64,000 nt of DNA from a bacterium (GCA_963674965.2 CAXXFL010000004.1:32001-96000), one strand, 5' to 3'; shown: positions 30,667 through 43,359, numbered from the stretch's first letter. Program-made: numbers and translations. The notes: generated by a model from the letters alone, not told the origin.

Positions 30667-32361
30667 ATGAGCAAGTCCCGGGAATACGCCGCGGCTTTCG
30701 CCCTGGTCGCTTTTTTTGTCGCGGCCGCCGTCTCGAGCGCCGTCCGGCAAAGCGCGACGGTGGACGAGTTCGCCCATTTGCCCGCGGCGCTTTACGCGCT
30801 GAAGACGGGGGACTTCTCCCTTTACAACAAGACCCCTCCCCTGGGAAGGGCCCTTGTCTCGCTCCCGGCCCTGGCCGCGTCGCCCCGAGTGAAAGACAAC
30901 CTGCAAGGCTATAATCCTGGAAGCTGGCGGCCCTGGCGATACGGCCATGACTTCCTTATGACGAACCGCGACGGGTACGGATCGATCCTTTTCGCGGGCA
31001 GGATGGGCGCGATAATGGCCGGCGTCTTGGTCTGTCTTCTCACCTGGCTCGCCTCGAGGAGGCTCTTCGGGCAAGGGGGCGGGTTAGTGAGCCTTGCCGC
31101 CTGCGCCATGTCGCCCACTCTGATCGCTCACTCGAGCCTGGTCACGGCCGACGCTCCGGCGGCTTTGTTCAGCCTGCTTTTCATCATGGCCCTGGCCCAC
31201 TACCTCAGTCGTCCCGGCCTCGCGAGGGCCGCCCTGGTGGGTATCGCCTTGTCGGCCGCCATACTGTCGAAGTTTACCTGCCTTTTCTGGGTTCCTTTCG
31301 CGGCGGCCGCTCCGATAGTTGCCTTCTTCAGAAGCGCGGATACGGAAGAATTCGCGAAAAGAAGGCCGGCAATATTGGCACAGGTCCCCGTTATTTGTCT
31401 CGTGCCCTGGCTGGCCGCTTGGATCGTGTATTCGGCGGAAGGCCACGTCGAGGCGTGGAAAGGCCCGGTCGGTTCCACTCTTCTGAAGCCGGCCGAGTCC
31501 GCGCTTAATTTGGGACTTCTGCCTCGCGAGTTCGTCTCCGGCCTTGACGCCCAGCTATACGACGCCCAGACGGGAGAATGGAGGGAGGGCAATTATCTTC
31601 TGGGCCGTTGGTACTCGGGCCATAAGTGGTACTACTTTCCCCTCGCCGTCCTGGTTAAGGAACCGGTCCCGATCCTCCTTGTTTTCGCCTCGGCGCTCTG
31701 GTTTCTGTCGTGGGGAGGCGGCGGACTCGAGACCATGCTATATCCGGCGGCGGCCGTTTGCTGGTTTGTTTTCGCCTGCTTTTTCGGCGGTCTTCAAATA
31801 GGGATCAGGTACATTCTGCCCGTATATCCTCTCGCTTTCGTGGCCATGGGCATTGTCGGCAAAGCCGCCTTCGAGGTGGGAGCGAGACAGAAGAAGTCTT
31901 TTCCCCTCGCCTGGAAAAAAGGCGCGCTCCTGGCGCTTGGCCTTTGGCTTCTCGCGGGTGACGCTTTGGTCTGGCCGAACTATCTTTCCTATTTCAACAT
32001 TTTCTCGGGCGGCTCGGGTCGGGGCTATAAAATCCTTCTCGATTCCAACTACGATTGGGGGCAGGGTCTTCCCGCGCTTAAAGGCTGGATGGAAAAAGAA
32101 AAAATCGAGTCCATCGAGCTGGCCTATTTCGGCCATGACGACCCGGCCAGGTTCAAGATAAATTATTCCCTCCCGGGCGAGAGCGGCGGCGACTACGTGG
32201 CCATCAGCGCCAATTTGCTCATGGGCCAAAAGTATCCCATGACCTTCGCCCCCGAGCGTGTGGGCAAGGACGACCCCGTCTGGAAAGTGATCGAGGATTA
32301 TCGAGACCAAGAGCCGGTCAAGACGCTGGGCGGCATTTTGGTGTTTAAGAAAGCATCATGA
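30667..32361 (+). CDS. GT-C fold glycosyltransferase (family 39/ArnT-like)
   Basis: SATVDEFAH, PPL, many TMs, LSKFT, RYILP, DSNYDWGQ. Confidence 0.85.
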   Translation: MSKSREYAAAFALVAFFVAAAVSSAVRQSATVDEFAHLPAALYALKTGDFSLYNKTPPLGRALVSLPALAASPRVKDNLQGYNPGSWRPWRYGHDFLMTNRDGYGSILFAGRMGAIMAGVLVCLLTWLASRRLFGQGGGLVSLAACAMSPTLIAHSSLVTADAPAALFSLLFIMALAHYLSRPGLARAALVGIALSAAILSKFTCLFWVPFAAAAPIVAFFRSADTEEFAKRRPAILAQVPVICLVPWLAAWIVYSAEGHVEAWKGPVGSTLLKPAESALNLGLLPREFVSGLDAQLYDAQTGEWREGNYLLGRWYSGHKWYYFPLAVLVKEPVPILLVFASALWFLSWGGGGLETMLYPAAAVCWFVFACFFGGLQIGIRYILPVYPLAFVAMGIVGKAAFEVGARQKKSFPLAWKKGALLALGLWLLAGDALVWPNYLSYFNIFSGGSGRGYKILLDSNYDWGQGLPALKGWMEKEKIESIELAYFGHDDPARFKINYSLPGESGGDYVAISANLLMGQKYPMTFAPERVGKDDPVWKVIEDYRDQEPVKTLGGILVFKKAS

Positions 32362-34136
32362 AAAAGGACGGACAAAAAACGATCGAGGTCTTGAAAGGCC
32401 AGGATGACGACGGCGCCAATATCGGCAGGTCCCGCGTCATGATCGGCCAAATCAGCCTATCCCCCTACCCTATCCTTGGCGCGATCTTTTTCCTGGCCCT
32501 TGTTTTACGACTCCTTTACGTCTGGGACGTAAGCGAGTCGGCGTTCTTTGGCCAGTTGGTGGTGGACCAGGCGTCATACGACGCGTGGGCGATGAAGATA
32601 GCCGCCGGGGACTGGCTGGGCTCGGCCACCTTTTATCAGGACCCTCTTTATCCTTATTTCCTGGCCATTATTTACAAGGCCTTTGGCAGGAGTCTTTTAC
32701 TCGTTTACATTTTGCAGGCCATTATTTCCTCGGCCGGATGTCTTCCTTTATACGGCCTGGGAAGAAGGGTCTTTCATGACCCGAGGGTGGGATTTCTGGC
32801 CGCTCTTTTCTGGGCCGGTTACAAGGTGGACATGTTCTTCGTGGCGCAGGTCCTGAAAACCAGTCCCGGCCTGGCGCTTACCATCACGGCGCTCTGGCTA
32901 CTTGTCAAGGTAAGGGACGACAATACCTGGCCGAGCGGCCTCCTGGCGGGAATAGCCTCGGGTCTTATCCTGGTATTCAGGGGCAACTTCCTTCTCGTGG
33001 CGCCTCTTCTTTTCCTGTGGATAGGGATCGGGTTGGCGACGAGGGAGGGGCGCAAGGCGATCATGCCCCTGGCCGCTCTTGTCATCGGGTGCGTCTCCGT
33101 GCTCTCGGCGGTGGCGGCCAGGAACCTGGCCGTGTCCGGAGAGCTTACCCTCACCACCGCCCAGGGCGGGGTCAATTTCTGGGTGGGCAACTACCGGGAG
33201 AACAAATGGGGAGTGGGCCGCGATCCCGACTTCGCCATACGCTCGCCCGAGTTCGAGCGGGGCGACTTCCTCGCCGAGGCCGAGAGACGGACGGGCAAGA
33301 AGCTTACCGACTCCCAAATGAGCCGCTTCTGGTTCAAGGAGGGCCTGAGAGAAATAGCCGCCGACCCGGCCCTTTCCGCGGCCCGTTTCCTCCGCAAGTC
33401 GCTACTGACCGTGAACTTCCATGAAGTGAGCGACAACCTGAATTACGACTTCTTCCGGCAGGAATACTCCTTCATGCTCCGCCTTCCTCTGCCCGCTTTC
33501 TGGCTTGCCGGTCCCTTTGGCCTTGCCGGCCTGGCCCTGGCCTCGAGGCGAAAAAAAGGCGGGTTCCTGGCGCTCTACCTTGGTTCCTATTTCGTCACGC
33601 TGCTTTTATTTTACGTGGTCAACAGGTATCGCGCCCCCCTCGTTCCCGTGCTTCTCGTCTTCGCGGCGTACGGCGTAATCGAGTTCGCTAGGTCACTCCG
33701 GGAGCGGGACCGGCGAGCGATGGCCCTTTACCTGGCGGTTTTGGTCGCGGCCGGGGCCATTGGTTTTCCCCGCTGGCGCCGTCCCAGCTTCGACGTGTCC
33801 TGGCAGAAGGTGGGCAACGCCATGTCGAGGGAAGGCCGCTGGGCCGAGGCGATAGACGCCTACGAGCGGGCCCTTTCCATTAATCCGGGGCAGGACGTGT
33901 CGTGGATAGGCCTTGGCCTGGCCTACGAGACCAGGGGCCGGCGAACTGAGGCCGACGCGGCTTTCTCTCGGGCCGTCTCGGCCAACCCGAAAAACGCCTG
34001 GGCGCATTATTATCTGGGCCGGTCACTCGAGCGAGGAGGCGAGCGGGACAAGGCTCGGGAGGAGTACGAGCGGGCCCTTGGCCTGAGCCCGGGAATGGAG
34101 CCGGCGGCCCAGGGCCTCCGTCGGCTTTCACCGTGA
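32358..34136 (+). CDS. GT-C fold glycosyltransferase with C-terminal TPRs
   Basis: VDQASYDAWA, FYQDPLYPYFLA, GGVNFWVGN, RYRAPL; three TPRs. Confidence 0.85.
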   Translation: MKKDGQKTIEVLKGQDDDGANIGRSRVMIGQISLSPYPILGAIFFLALVLRLLYVWDVSESAFFGQLVVDQASYDAWAMKIAAGDWLGSATFYQDPLYPYFLAIIYKAFGRSLLLVYILQAIISSAGCLPLYGLGRRVFHDPRVGFLAALFWAGYKVDMFFVAQVLKTSPGLALTITALWLLVKVRDDNTWPSGLLAGIASGLILVFRGNFLLVAPLLFLWIGIGLATREGRKAIMPLAALVIGCVSVLSAVAARNLAVSGELTLTTAQGGVNFWVGNYRENKWGVGRDPDFAIRSPEFERGDFLAEAERRTGKKLTDSQMSRFWFKEGLREIAADPALSAARFLRKSLLTVNFHEVSDNLNYDFFRQEYSFMLRLPLPAFWLAGPFGLAGLALASRRKKGGFLALYLGSYFVTLLLFYVVNRYRAPLVPVLLVFAAYGVIEFARSLRERDRRAMALYLAVLVAAGAIGFPRWRRPSFDVSWQKVGNAMSREGRWAEAIDAYERALSINPGQDVSWIGLGLAYETRGRRTEADAAFSRAVSANPKNAWAHYYLGRSLERGGERDKAREEYERALGLSPGMEPAAQGLRRLSP

Positions 34137-34145
34137 GGCCGGGAA

Positions 34146-35903
34146 TCACTTCTCGATCGCGCTTTTCTCGATGGTGATCCGAAGGTGGTCGGCGAATTCC
34201 TTGATCATGGAGATGGAGGCCGCCACTTCCCTCGATCCTTCCTCGACTCTTTTGGCCACGTCCCTTACCTCGGCAATGGATGAGGCCAACTCCTCGGAGG
34301 CGGTGGACTGCTGGCGGGTCGAGAGGGTGATCTCGTTGGCGCTGTTGGAGGTGGACTCGGCCAGCCGGGAGATGTTGGCGAAGGCCTCGGCCACCTCCCT
34401 GATGGACCTGGCCCCCTCCTCGACCCTCGATTCCCCGCCCGCGGCGGCCTCACTGGCCTCGAGGGCCCGGTCCTGAATCGAGAGGATGAGGGACCTTATC
34501 TCGCCGGCGGCCTCGGCGGACCTCGCCGCCAGGCGCCTCGTGGCCTCGGCCACCACCCCGAACCTTTTTCCAAGTTCCCCGGCTCCGGCGGCCTCGAGGG
34601 CGGCGTTAAGGGAGAGGAGCTCGGTCTGTTCGGCCACGTCCTCGATCCACTCGACTATCTTATAGGTCTCGTTAAAGCTTTGCTCGAGGTCGCGCATGGC
34701 CCGTGAAATCTCGCCGGCCTGGGTGGATATGCTCTCGAACTCTCCTCCCGCCCCGTCGAGAAGGGCTTTGCCCTCCCGGCAGGCCGACAGCGTCGCGTCG
34801 GCCGCTCGGTTAACCGACTCGGCCCTGTCGGATATGCCCCTGGCCGTGGCCACGATCTCCTCGGCGATGGCCGAGGACTCCTGCACCGCCGAGGCCTGCT
34901 CCGTGGCGCCGGAGGACTGAAGGGAACTTACGTCCAGGATGGTCTCGACCGTCTCGTCCATTTTCCTGATGCCCGACTCGAGATCGGAAACCACGCCCCG
35001 CATCTCGCGCATGCCGCCCACTATGGTCCGCATCATGGCGTTGACCGTCTCGCCCAGCTCGGCCATCTCGTCGGTGGAAACCAGCTTGATGGGCTCGTCG
35101 TACTCTCCGCTTGCCACCTTCCGGGCCGAGCTTTGCAGGACCATGATGGGCCGGGTTATCTCGAGTCCCGCGGCGTAGGCCAGTACCATCGAAACCAGCA
35201 CCACGCCGAGCCAGAGGATGAAGTAGAAGGCGGCCTTTTCAGGTTCCTGGTTCTCGGAGTAGCTGATGGCCAGGGCGTATCCCGATCCCGCCCCCACCAG
35301 GGACACCACGGTGAGGACCAACTTGGCGCCAAGACCGATTTTGATTCCCGCCCGCCTGCAAGTCCCGGCCTCGGGCATGGATTCGATCGTTTGTCCCAGG
35401 GCCGGGCCCGTGAGCCAGTTGCCCATGTAAAGGTACAGCGGAACGCCGATGAAACCGGTTATGACCCCTCCCACGATCCCGAACACTCCAAGGGTCAGGG
35501 GCCAGTCAAGTTGAAGGAGGGAAATCCAACTGATGGCGGGGGAACCAATAAGGAAAGCAATGAAGCCGGTCCCCGCCAGGATGTAAGGAAGTCCGGCGGC
35601 TCGGTCCTGGGCCGCCAGGACCATCGGTTCATCGACGGGAAGGCCATTGTCGCGGTAGGAAAGAAATTTCAGGACCGGCCTCGCCACCACGTAAACGACG
35701 GCCATGTAAGCGATGGTAATGGCCAGGCAAAAGGGAGCGGTGACCCGAATCATCTCGAGGGTTTCATCCCAGTTCGGGGAAACTATCTGCCTGAAAAGCT
35801 GCAGAATGACCGTCGCGCCCGAGACGGTGACGATCGAGATTATGGCCGCCAATCTGGCGAGAAAAAGTTTTTGGTTCATCATGGGCTTCCGGGTTGAGGC
35901 CAA
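34146..35903 (-). CDS. Methyl-accepting chemotaxis protein (multi-TM, HAMP)
   Basis: Multi-TM N-terminus; [30 protein letters not shown]...FGVVA. Exact start uncertain. Confidence 0.92.
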   Translation of the reverse strand: MASTRKPMMNQKLFLARLAAIISIVTVSGATVILQLFRQIVSPNWDETLEMIRVTAPFCLAITIAYMAVVYVVARPVLKFLSYRDNGLPVDEPMVLAAQDRAAGLPYILAGTGFIAFLIGSPAISWISLLQLDWPLTLGVFGIVGGVITGFIGVPLYLYMGNWLTGPALGQTIESMPEAGTCRRAGIKIGLGAKLVLTVVSLVGAGSGYALAISYSENQEPEKAAFYFILWLGVVLVSMVLAYAAGLEITRPIMVLQSSARKVASGEYDEPIKLVSTDEMAELGETVNAMMRTIVGGMREMRGVVSDLESGIRKMDETVETILDVSSLQSSGATEQASAVQESSAIAEEIVATARGISDRAESVNRAADATLSACREGKALLDGAGGEFESISTQAGEISRAMRDLEQSFNETYKIVEWIEDVAEQTELLSLNAALEAAGAGELGKRFGVVAEATRRLAARSAEAAGEIRSLILSIQDRALEASEAAAGGESRVEEGARSIREVAEAFANISRLAESTSNSANEITLSTRQQSTASEELASSIAEVRDVAKRVEEGSREVAASISMIKEFADHLRITIEKSAIEK

Positions 35904-36184
35904 GCCGCCGGAGACGGAACCTTTCCCTCCGCGCGAGCCGGCGCGTAACGAGCGGCCGCCCTCTCCGCTCCGATAATAACTTCCGAAAATGACACGGCCG
36001 GGAGTGGTTGAAGGTTATGAAAAAGGCCAGGTACCCAGTCGTTCGTCCGCTGATCGCCGCCATCCGAATCGATCACCCGACATATGCATAATAGCATGGA
36101 AAAGCGGTATTTTCATTTTTTTGACTTACAGACAAATAGAAAAAGGGAATGGCGGGCGGGCGATATCGGAGCGGGCCAAGGTTG

Positions 36185-37930
36185 TTACAATTTATCCGCG
36201 TCCTCGTCGGTCCCGGTCCCGGCGGTTTCCTTGAGGGCTCGGGAGAAGCCGCCGAGCTCATCGATGGCCTCGACGATTTCCTTGGCTCCCTTCTCGACCC
36301 TCTCGGCCACTTCCTGCACCTCGGCGATGGAGGCGGCCAGCTCCTCGGAGGCGGTTGTTTGCTGCCTGGTTGAAAGGGTGATCTCCTTGGCCGTCGAGGA
36401 GGTGGACTCGGCGAAGCTGGAGATACTGAGGAAGGAGTCCAGCACCAGGTTGATGGCCTCGGCTCCGGACTCGACTTTTTCCTCCCCCTTCCTGGCCTTG
36501 TCGCTGGTCTCCCTGGTCTCGAGCTGGATGGAGGCGATAAGTTCCCTGATCTCGCCGGCGGCCTCGGCCGACCTCGCGGCCAGGCGCCTGGTGGCCTCGG
36601 CCACCACGCCGAACCTCCGGCCTTCCTCGCCCGCGCCCGCCGCCTCGAGGGAGGCGTTAAGGGAAAGAAGCTCGGTCTGCTCGGCCACGTCCTCCATCCA
36701 CTCGACTATTTTATAGGTCTCGCTGAAGCGGTCCTCGAGGCGGGCCATGGAGTCGCTGATGTCCTTGACCCGCTGGGCTATGCCCGCGAACTCGTCCCTT
36801 GCCTGATCGAGCTTTCCCTCGCCCTCGCGGCAGGCCTCGAGGGTAGAGGAGGCCGCGTTATTAACCGATCCGGCCCGCTCGGAAATCTGGCGGGCCGTGG
36901 CCACGATCTCCTCGGCGATGGAGGAGGACTCGTGAACGGCGGAGGCCTGCTCGGTGGCCCCGCTCGATTGCTCGGCGCTCACGTTCCTGATGGTTTCCAC
37001 CGTGACGTCGAGCTGGACCATGCCTCCCTTGATGCCATCGACCACCCTCTCCAGGCGGGTCACGTGGTCCGTGATGGTTGACATCATGCGGTTAAGGGCC
37101 GAGGCCACCTCGGCGAACTCGTCGTTCGAAACCAGCCTCACGGGCTCCTTGAACTTGCCGCGCTCGACCAGTTCGGAGGTTTTTCCCAAAACGCCGAGGG
37201 GGCGGGATATCTCCTTGCCCGCGGCCAGGGCCAGGATAAAGCTGACGGCCATGCCCACCAGCCACATGAGAAAAAAATATGACCAGTGTTGATTCCCCTG
37301 GGACTGACTGTAGCCCACCAGAGCCATATAGCCCGTTATGCCTCCCACCAGGGTCAGCATGACGATGAGCAACTTGGGATATACGCCGAGTCTCCACCCG
37401 CCCCGCCTCGCGGTCGCGAGGGCGGGAGACGAGCCTATGGTTTCATCCACGACTAAAGACGCCAATCGGCTTATCGCGTAGAGAAGCAAGGGCGTGGCGA
37501 GAAAGGCCGATATCAATCCCGTCAGGGGGCCGTAAATTATAGTTCCTTCCGGCCATTTCATGAGACCGGTTAGAAGATATACCCCCAGGGAAACGCCCGG
37601 AACGTATCCGATATACAAAAAACCTATCATGTAGCCGGCAAGGTTAAGGCTTCGGTCCTGCGCCGCCACCACGAGACCAAGGTCCAGCTCGGGGCCCTTT
37701 TGTACGGCCCCGAGGAAGGAATAAATCGGGCGGCAGACGTAAAGCACTCCAACCACGTAGAGAGCGGTGAATAAAATCACGATGGCTGGAGTAATCGTGT
37801 TTCCCAGCGCGATGTCCAAAAGCGACGTTTCGGTAATGGTCTTAAAGAGTAAAACTATGGCCGCCACCTGGAATATCTCGATGGCGAATATAATCCCCAG
37901 CAGTTTTAGGGTAAAGTCCTTGCGCGTCAT
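36185..37930 (-). CDS. Methyl-accepting chemotaxis protein (paralogue of the previous gene)
   Basis: Same architecture; [20 protein letters not shown]. Confidence 0.92.
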   Translation of the reverse strand: MTRKDFTLKLLGIIFAIEIFQVAAIVLLFKTITETSLLDIALGNTITPAIVILFTALYVVGVLYVCRPIYSFLGAVQKGPELDLGLVVAAQDRSLNLAGYMIGFLYIGYVPGVSLGVYLLTGLMKWPEGTIIYGPLTGLISAFLATPLLLYAISRLASLVVDETIGSSPALATARRGGWRLGVYPKLLIVMLTLVGGITGYMALVGYSQSQGNQHWSYFFLMWLVGMAVSFILALAAGKEISRPLGVLGKTSELVERGKFKEPVRLVSNDEFAEVASALNRMMSTITDHVTRLERVVDGIKGGMVQLDVTVETIRNVSAEQSSGATEQASAVHESSSIAEEIVATARQISERAGSVNNAASSTLEACREGEGKLDQARDEFAGIAQRVKDISDSMARLEDRFSETYKIVEWMEDVAEQTELLSLNASLEAAGAGEEGRRFGVVAEATRRLAARSAEAAGEIRELIASIQLETRETSDKARKGEEKVESGAEAINLVLDSFLSISSFAESTSSTAKEITLSTRQQTTASEELAASIAEVQEVAERVEKGAKEIVEAIDELGGFSRALKETAGTGTDEDADKL

Positions 37931-37961
37931 GGCCGCTCCCGGTCTTACAGATAAAGGTTTT

Positions 37962-38159
37962 TCACTTGATCAGTCCGCCGAAGTTTCCCGGCTTCTTGTC
38001 CATCTTGGCCCCGATGGGGTTGCCGCAGACCGTGCAGACGTAATCGTACTTGTCTCCGTTCGGGAGGGCCAGAAGCATTCTTTTCCTTACCACCGTGGCT
38101 TTTTTGCAATGCGGGCAAAAAAGCTCGGTGGCCTCGAGTTGGTCGTATCCTCTTTGCAT
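37962..38159 (-). CDS. Small zinc-ribbon protein
   Basis: 65 aa; CPHC and CTVC; tight spacing between the DUF362 and MCP genes. Confidence 0.75.
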   Translation of the reverse strand: MQRGYDQLEATELFCPHCKKATVVRKRMLLALPNGDKYDYVCTVCGNPIGAKMDKKPGNFGGLIK

Positions 38160-38176
38160 GTCTAATCCGTCTTTTC

Positions 38177-39409
38177 TCACTTTAGCCGCAAACCCAGTTT
38201 TTGCATAATCGCGCCGTAGCCGAGGTCGATAATGCCCGTCTCGACCCTGCCGATCACTCCTTTTTTCATCAGCGCGTAGGTTATGTCCATGGGCGGAATG
38301 GGGCAACCGGGAATAAAGCAGCCAAGGCCCGCGTGCTCCCTCGCGCAGTCGCCGACCACGATGGTCTTTCTCCTGTTGATTTTTGACGCGTCAACCTCGG
38401 CCGGCTTCCCTATGATAAAGGTAAACCCGCTGAGCTTGCCGGCGGAGCCGTTCATGAGCCACCTGTCCAGGCTGCTACGGACCATGCCCAGGCAGCCCTC
38501 CGGGCAGGCCAGTTCGGTCCCCACCTGAAAGACCACGTCGGCCGGGTAATCGGAGAAATCGACGCGAGGACGGGCGAAGGACCTCGAGCGGGAAGCGATA
38601 AGCTCCTCCCCCCGGATGTCCACGTCCGCCAGGGAAAGAGGACCAAGACCCGCGTCGCTAAGATAAACGAGGTGGTCGATCTCCTCCGGGTCGTGGCCCA
38701 TTAATGTCGCGCAAACCGAGTCCACGGCCACGCCGTTTTTGCCCGCCACGATCAGGTTGAGCGGCGCCTCGGCCGCGTGCATGGGCCCCTGCCCGGCGCC
38801 CGCCACCACGGCGTCGGCGATCACGTAATCCGGGACCCGGGACCGGTAGAGGTCGGCAATCTTCTTGTGGATATTATAATGATGGTTGGTCAGGCGGTCG
38901 GCCTGGAGCAGGAGGCCGATATGGTTCTTGGTCGAGAGTGTGACCTTGGCGAACATGTTGACCTTCAGCTTGGGAAGAGTGATAAAGACGTCGGACTCCA
39001 CCAGGCTTTTGGGAAGACGGAACCGGTCCTCAATCAGGGCGTCCTCGACCTTGACCTCGACCCGCTCCTCATCCTGCAGATAAACGGGCCAGGCCACGCC
39101 ACGAAGGTAAGGCAGCACCCCCATGGCCGCGAAGCCCGACTGGGACGGACCCACGATGCAGTCCTCCCCCACCATCACCAGGGAAGCGCCAAGGTCACGG
39201 ACCGCCCGGGCCACGCCGCCCACCAGCTCGGGCTGGGTGTTGACGCCCAGGTTCCTGGGAGGACGGGCCGGGTAAACGAAGCTGGGCTTGAGGAACACGG
39301 TCTTGCCGCTAAGGTTAAGGCCGTCCTCCTCGAGGCGGTCCCTGCACTTCTCCCGGATTTCCTCCACGTCGTACCGGCGCTGGTCGATAATATGTACCGC
39401 GGGATTCAT
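38177..39409 (-). CDS. DUF362 Fe-S protein
   Basis: [38 protein letters not shown]-terminal CPEGC, VGDCA, PGCP. Confidence 0.85.
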   Translation of the reverse strand: MNPAVHIIDQRRYDVEEIREKCRDRLEEDGLNLSGKTVFLKPSFVYPARPPRNLGVNTQPELVGGVARAVRDLGASLVMVGEDCIVGPSQSGFAAMGVLPYLRGVAWPVYLQDEERVEVKVEDALIEDRFRLPKSLVESDVFITLPKLKVNMFAKVTLSTKNHIGLLLQADRLTNHHYNIHKKIADLYRSRVPDYVIADAVVAGAGQGPMHAAEAPLNLIVAGKNGVAVDSVCATLMGHDPEEIDHLVYLSDAGLGPLSLADVDIRGEELIASRSRSFARPRVDFSDYPADVVFQVGTELACPEGCLGMVRSSLDRWLMNGSAGKLSGFTFIIGKPAEVDASKINRRKTIVVGDCAREHAGLGCFIPGCPIPPMDITYALMKKGVIGRVETGIIDLGYGAIMQKLGLRLK

Positions 39410-39578
39410 AAGGCCAATAATAGCGGGCCGCCGATTCAAGAGCAAGCCTCAAGGCGGCTCGGGTAAGATATTTTTTTTCAAGACGGAAAAAGGCGTCCCA
39501 GGCCCCGAAAAATGGCTTGGCCTCTTTGGCCGTGATAACATTGAAAGTTACTCATTAACGTTCAGGAGAGATTCCGAT

Positions 39579-40805
<1,227 letters not shown>

Positions 40806-41332
40806 GAGCGGCAAGTCATGCTCTCCGATGGCGGTTCGGCGCTCGGTTATCGATTGGGTTAAAGCCCCGAAAAAACGCCGCCGGGCGGCGAACGAAATTA
40901 TCCTTACGCGATCCAGTCCCGCCTGGGCCGTCACCTCCGACTCCGGTTCTTCAGGCGACAATCAAGTAAGAGGAGGAGGCTCTTCCTCCATCATCACTCA
41001 TTCGGGCTTCATTTTTTTCAATTAGTTGGATATCGTCCCACGCTCCGCTTCCCCAAAAGGGGGAGAATAAAGGTCTTTGCCCGGTATCATTAGAAAGACC
41101 GTTTGACCCACCATCATTTTTTTTCCTTTTTCTTGCCCTGTGTTCGCCACATTCCTAAGATATAATCCACGCGTAAACCATGGGCGGCGAAAGATTATGG
41201 AGAGCACAAGAACGATGCCTTGATTTCGGCCAAAGTCGAATCGGGATGGTCTTTTGTACCGGCCCCGTTTCCTCTCTTGCAAGGGGAGCGGATATGTATG
41301 AGATATTTTTATAACCACCCGGGAGGAAAGAG

Positions 41333-41914
41333 TTGACGGCTGAAGGGTTTTTACTCGCCCAGAAACAAGGCATTTTCATACGCCAAACTTATTTGATGTT
41401 CGGCATGAACGGCCTTTGTTTCTTGTTGGCTTTTTATTATTTTGCATCGGTCCCTTCACGCCACAAGCCCCGCCGGGGAGGAATATCGCATGTAAAGATG
41501 GGAATAATGTATGGCTTCATGATAATTATAAACTTGATCTGGATGGTATTGTCTTACGGCGGCAGCTTTGATTTTCTCCTTACTGAAGGGGAGATTTGCC
41601 ATTGTCCTGAAGCGGTGGATTGCGCTTTTTTGTATTATGCCATAGTGATCGTTAATCTTGTATTGCCCTTTGCAATTAGCTCGATAATAATCGGTATCTT
41701 TGAAATTTACTATGAGGATTTTCCTACCCTGCTCATTCGCTTAAATGAATTAAAAACTATAATAAGATATTCGATCATTCTTTCCATCGGCGCAATTTTA
41801 TTTTTAATCATCGCCGCGCCCCCCTTTGGGCTTTGGTTATTTTCCGGTCCAATACTGTTTTCCCTTGGATCGGCCTATCTGATCAGGGGCATAATAAATT
41901 GCCCTTTTGATTAA
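41333..41914 (+). CDS. AT-rich multi-pass membrane protein of unknown function
   Basis: 4-5 hydrophobic segments; start uncertain; composition unlike its neighbours. Confidence 0.5.
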   Translation: MTAEGFLLAQKQGIFIRQTYLMFGMNGLCFLLAFYYFASVPSRHKPRRGGISHVKMGIMYGFMIIINLIWMVLSYGGSFDFLLTEGEICHCPEAVDCAFLYYAIVIVNLVLPFAISSIIIGIFEIYYEDFPTLLIRLNELKTIIRYSIILSIGAILFLIIAAPPFGLWLFSGPILFSLGSAYLIRGIINCPFD

Positions 41915-43269
41915 TAACGTGGAACGCCCGCGGCCATGCACTTTTCCCAGGCGTCCATCTGCTCTCGCAGTTCTTTGGCCTTGCCCGGATACAGGTCTAT
42001 CACGTTGTAGGACTCGTCGGGGTCGTCGGGAAGGTGGAAGAGCATGGGACCGCGTTGGCGGCCGGAGAAGGAAGTGGCCCAGCCCTTGTGCCGCCGGTGG
42101 TATTTCCAGCCGTCCTGCAGGACCGCCTGGAGTTCTCTTCCCTTGTAGAAGTAAAGCTCGCGGTGGGGACTTTGCTCCTCCCCTTTCAGCATGGGCAGGA
42201 CGTCCCTTCCGTCGATGGGCCGGTCGGAGGGCGCCTCGAGTCCCGCGGCCGCGAGTGAGGTAGTGAAGAGGTCGAAGTTCATGCTCATCCGGTCGGTCAC
42301 GGTATGGGCGGGAATGACTCCGGGCCACCGGGCGATGGCCGGTACCTTCATGCCTCCGCCGAAGGTCTCGTCCTTTCTTCCCCGCAGCCCTCCCGCGCTT
42401 CCCTGGAACCAGGGTCCGTTGTCGGATGTGAAAAAAACGAGGGTGTCCTCGGCCATGCCCCGGCGGTCGAGAGCGTCCAGCACCTGGCCCACGCTCCAGT
42501 CGATCTCCTCGACGCAGTCGCCGTAAAGTCCCGCCTCGCTCGTGCCCCGAAACTCGGGCGAGGCGTGGAGAGGAACGTGCGGCGAGGTATGGGCCATGTA
42601 AAGGAAAAAGGGAGAGTCGTCATTGCTCTCGATCCAGGAGACGGCTTTCTCGGTATAGCTTTGCGTTAAGTAATCCTGATCCACCGGCGCCGGCTCGACT
42701 ACCCTCTCGTTCTCGTAAAGGCGAAGGGGGATGGCGTCGTTGGAATGAAGCACCCCGTAATAATAATCGAACCCCCGGGCGCGGGGCCTTTGTCCAGGCA
42801 GGTCGCCCAGGTGCCACTTTCCAATGCAGCAGGTATTGTAGCCCGCGGTTTTCATAAGCTCGGGCAGGACGATCTCGTTTCGAGGCAGTCCCCACGGCAT
42901 GCGGTATTTGCCGTAGAGGGCCAGGGCCAGCGGGAAAAGCTCGGTGGGCACGAACACGTAATTGACGCCCGACCGGATGGGATACCTTCCCGTCATGATT
43001 CCGGCGCGGGAGGGCGAGCAGACGGGCCCGGAGGCGAAAAAGGAGGTCATCCTGACGCCCTGCTCGGCCATCTCGTCCAGGCGCGGCGTCTTCATGACTC
43101 GCGACCCCTGGCAGCCCAGGTCACCGTAGCCGAGGTCGTCGGCCAGAATAATAATGACGTTGGGCCTTCTGGCCGCGGCCTTCGAGTCCCGGGGCAGGCC
43201 CAGGGCGGACCCGCCTAAAGCGGTCCCCCCGGCGGCGGCCAGGGAGGTGATGAATTTTCTGCGGTCCAC
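41911..43269 (-). CDS. Tat-exported sulfatase (arylsulfatase A-like)
   Basis: DRRKFI twin-Arg signal; ADDLGYGD; CSPSRAG formylglycine motif; GKWHLG; TSDNG. Confidence 0.93.
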   Translation of the reverse strand: MDRRKFITSLAAAGGTALGGSALGLPRDSKAAARRPNVIIILADDLGYGDLGCQGSRVMKTPRLDEMAEQGVRMTSFFASGPVCSPSRAGIMTGRYPIRSGVNYVFVPTELFPLALALYGKYRMPWGLPRNEIVLPELMKTAGYNTCCIGKWHLGDLPGQRPRARGFDYYYGVLHSNDAIPLRLYENERVVEPAPVDQDYLTQSYTEKAVSWIESNDDSPFFLYMAHTSPHVPLHASPEFRGTSEAGLYGDCVEEIDWSVGQVLDALDRRGMAEDTLVFFTSDNGPWFQGSAGGLRGRKDETFGGGMKVPAIARWPGVIPAHTVTDRMSMNFDLFTTSLAAAGLEAPSDRPIDGRDVLPMLKGEEQSPHRELYFYKGRELQAVLQDGWKYHRRHKGWATSFSGRQRGPMLFHLPDDPDESYNVIDLYPGKAKELREQMDAWEKCMAAGVPRY

Positions 43270-43359
43270 GGTCGGTCCCTCCTTAAGCGGGGCGATCGCG
43301 TTCCATGTTATTGCATGGCGAAAGAAGGGTCAATGAGGGAATGGGACGCGGGAATGGGA

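Noticed and set aside
40850-40960. BrnT-like toxin remnant (VRIIS motif) on the minus strand
   Set aside because: Only a five-residue resemblance within an antisense extension of icd; no start codon or antitoxin.
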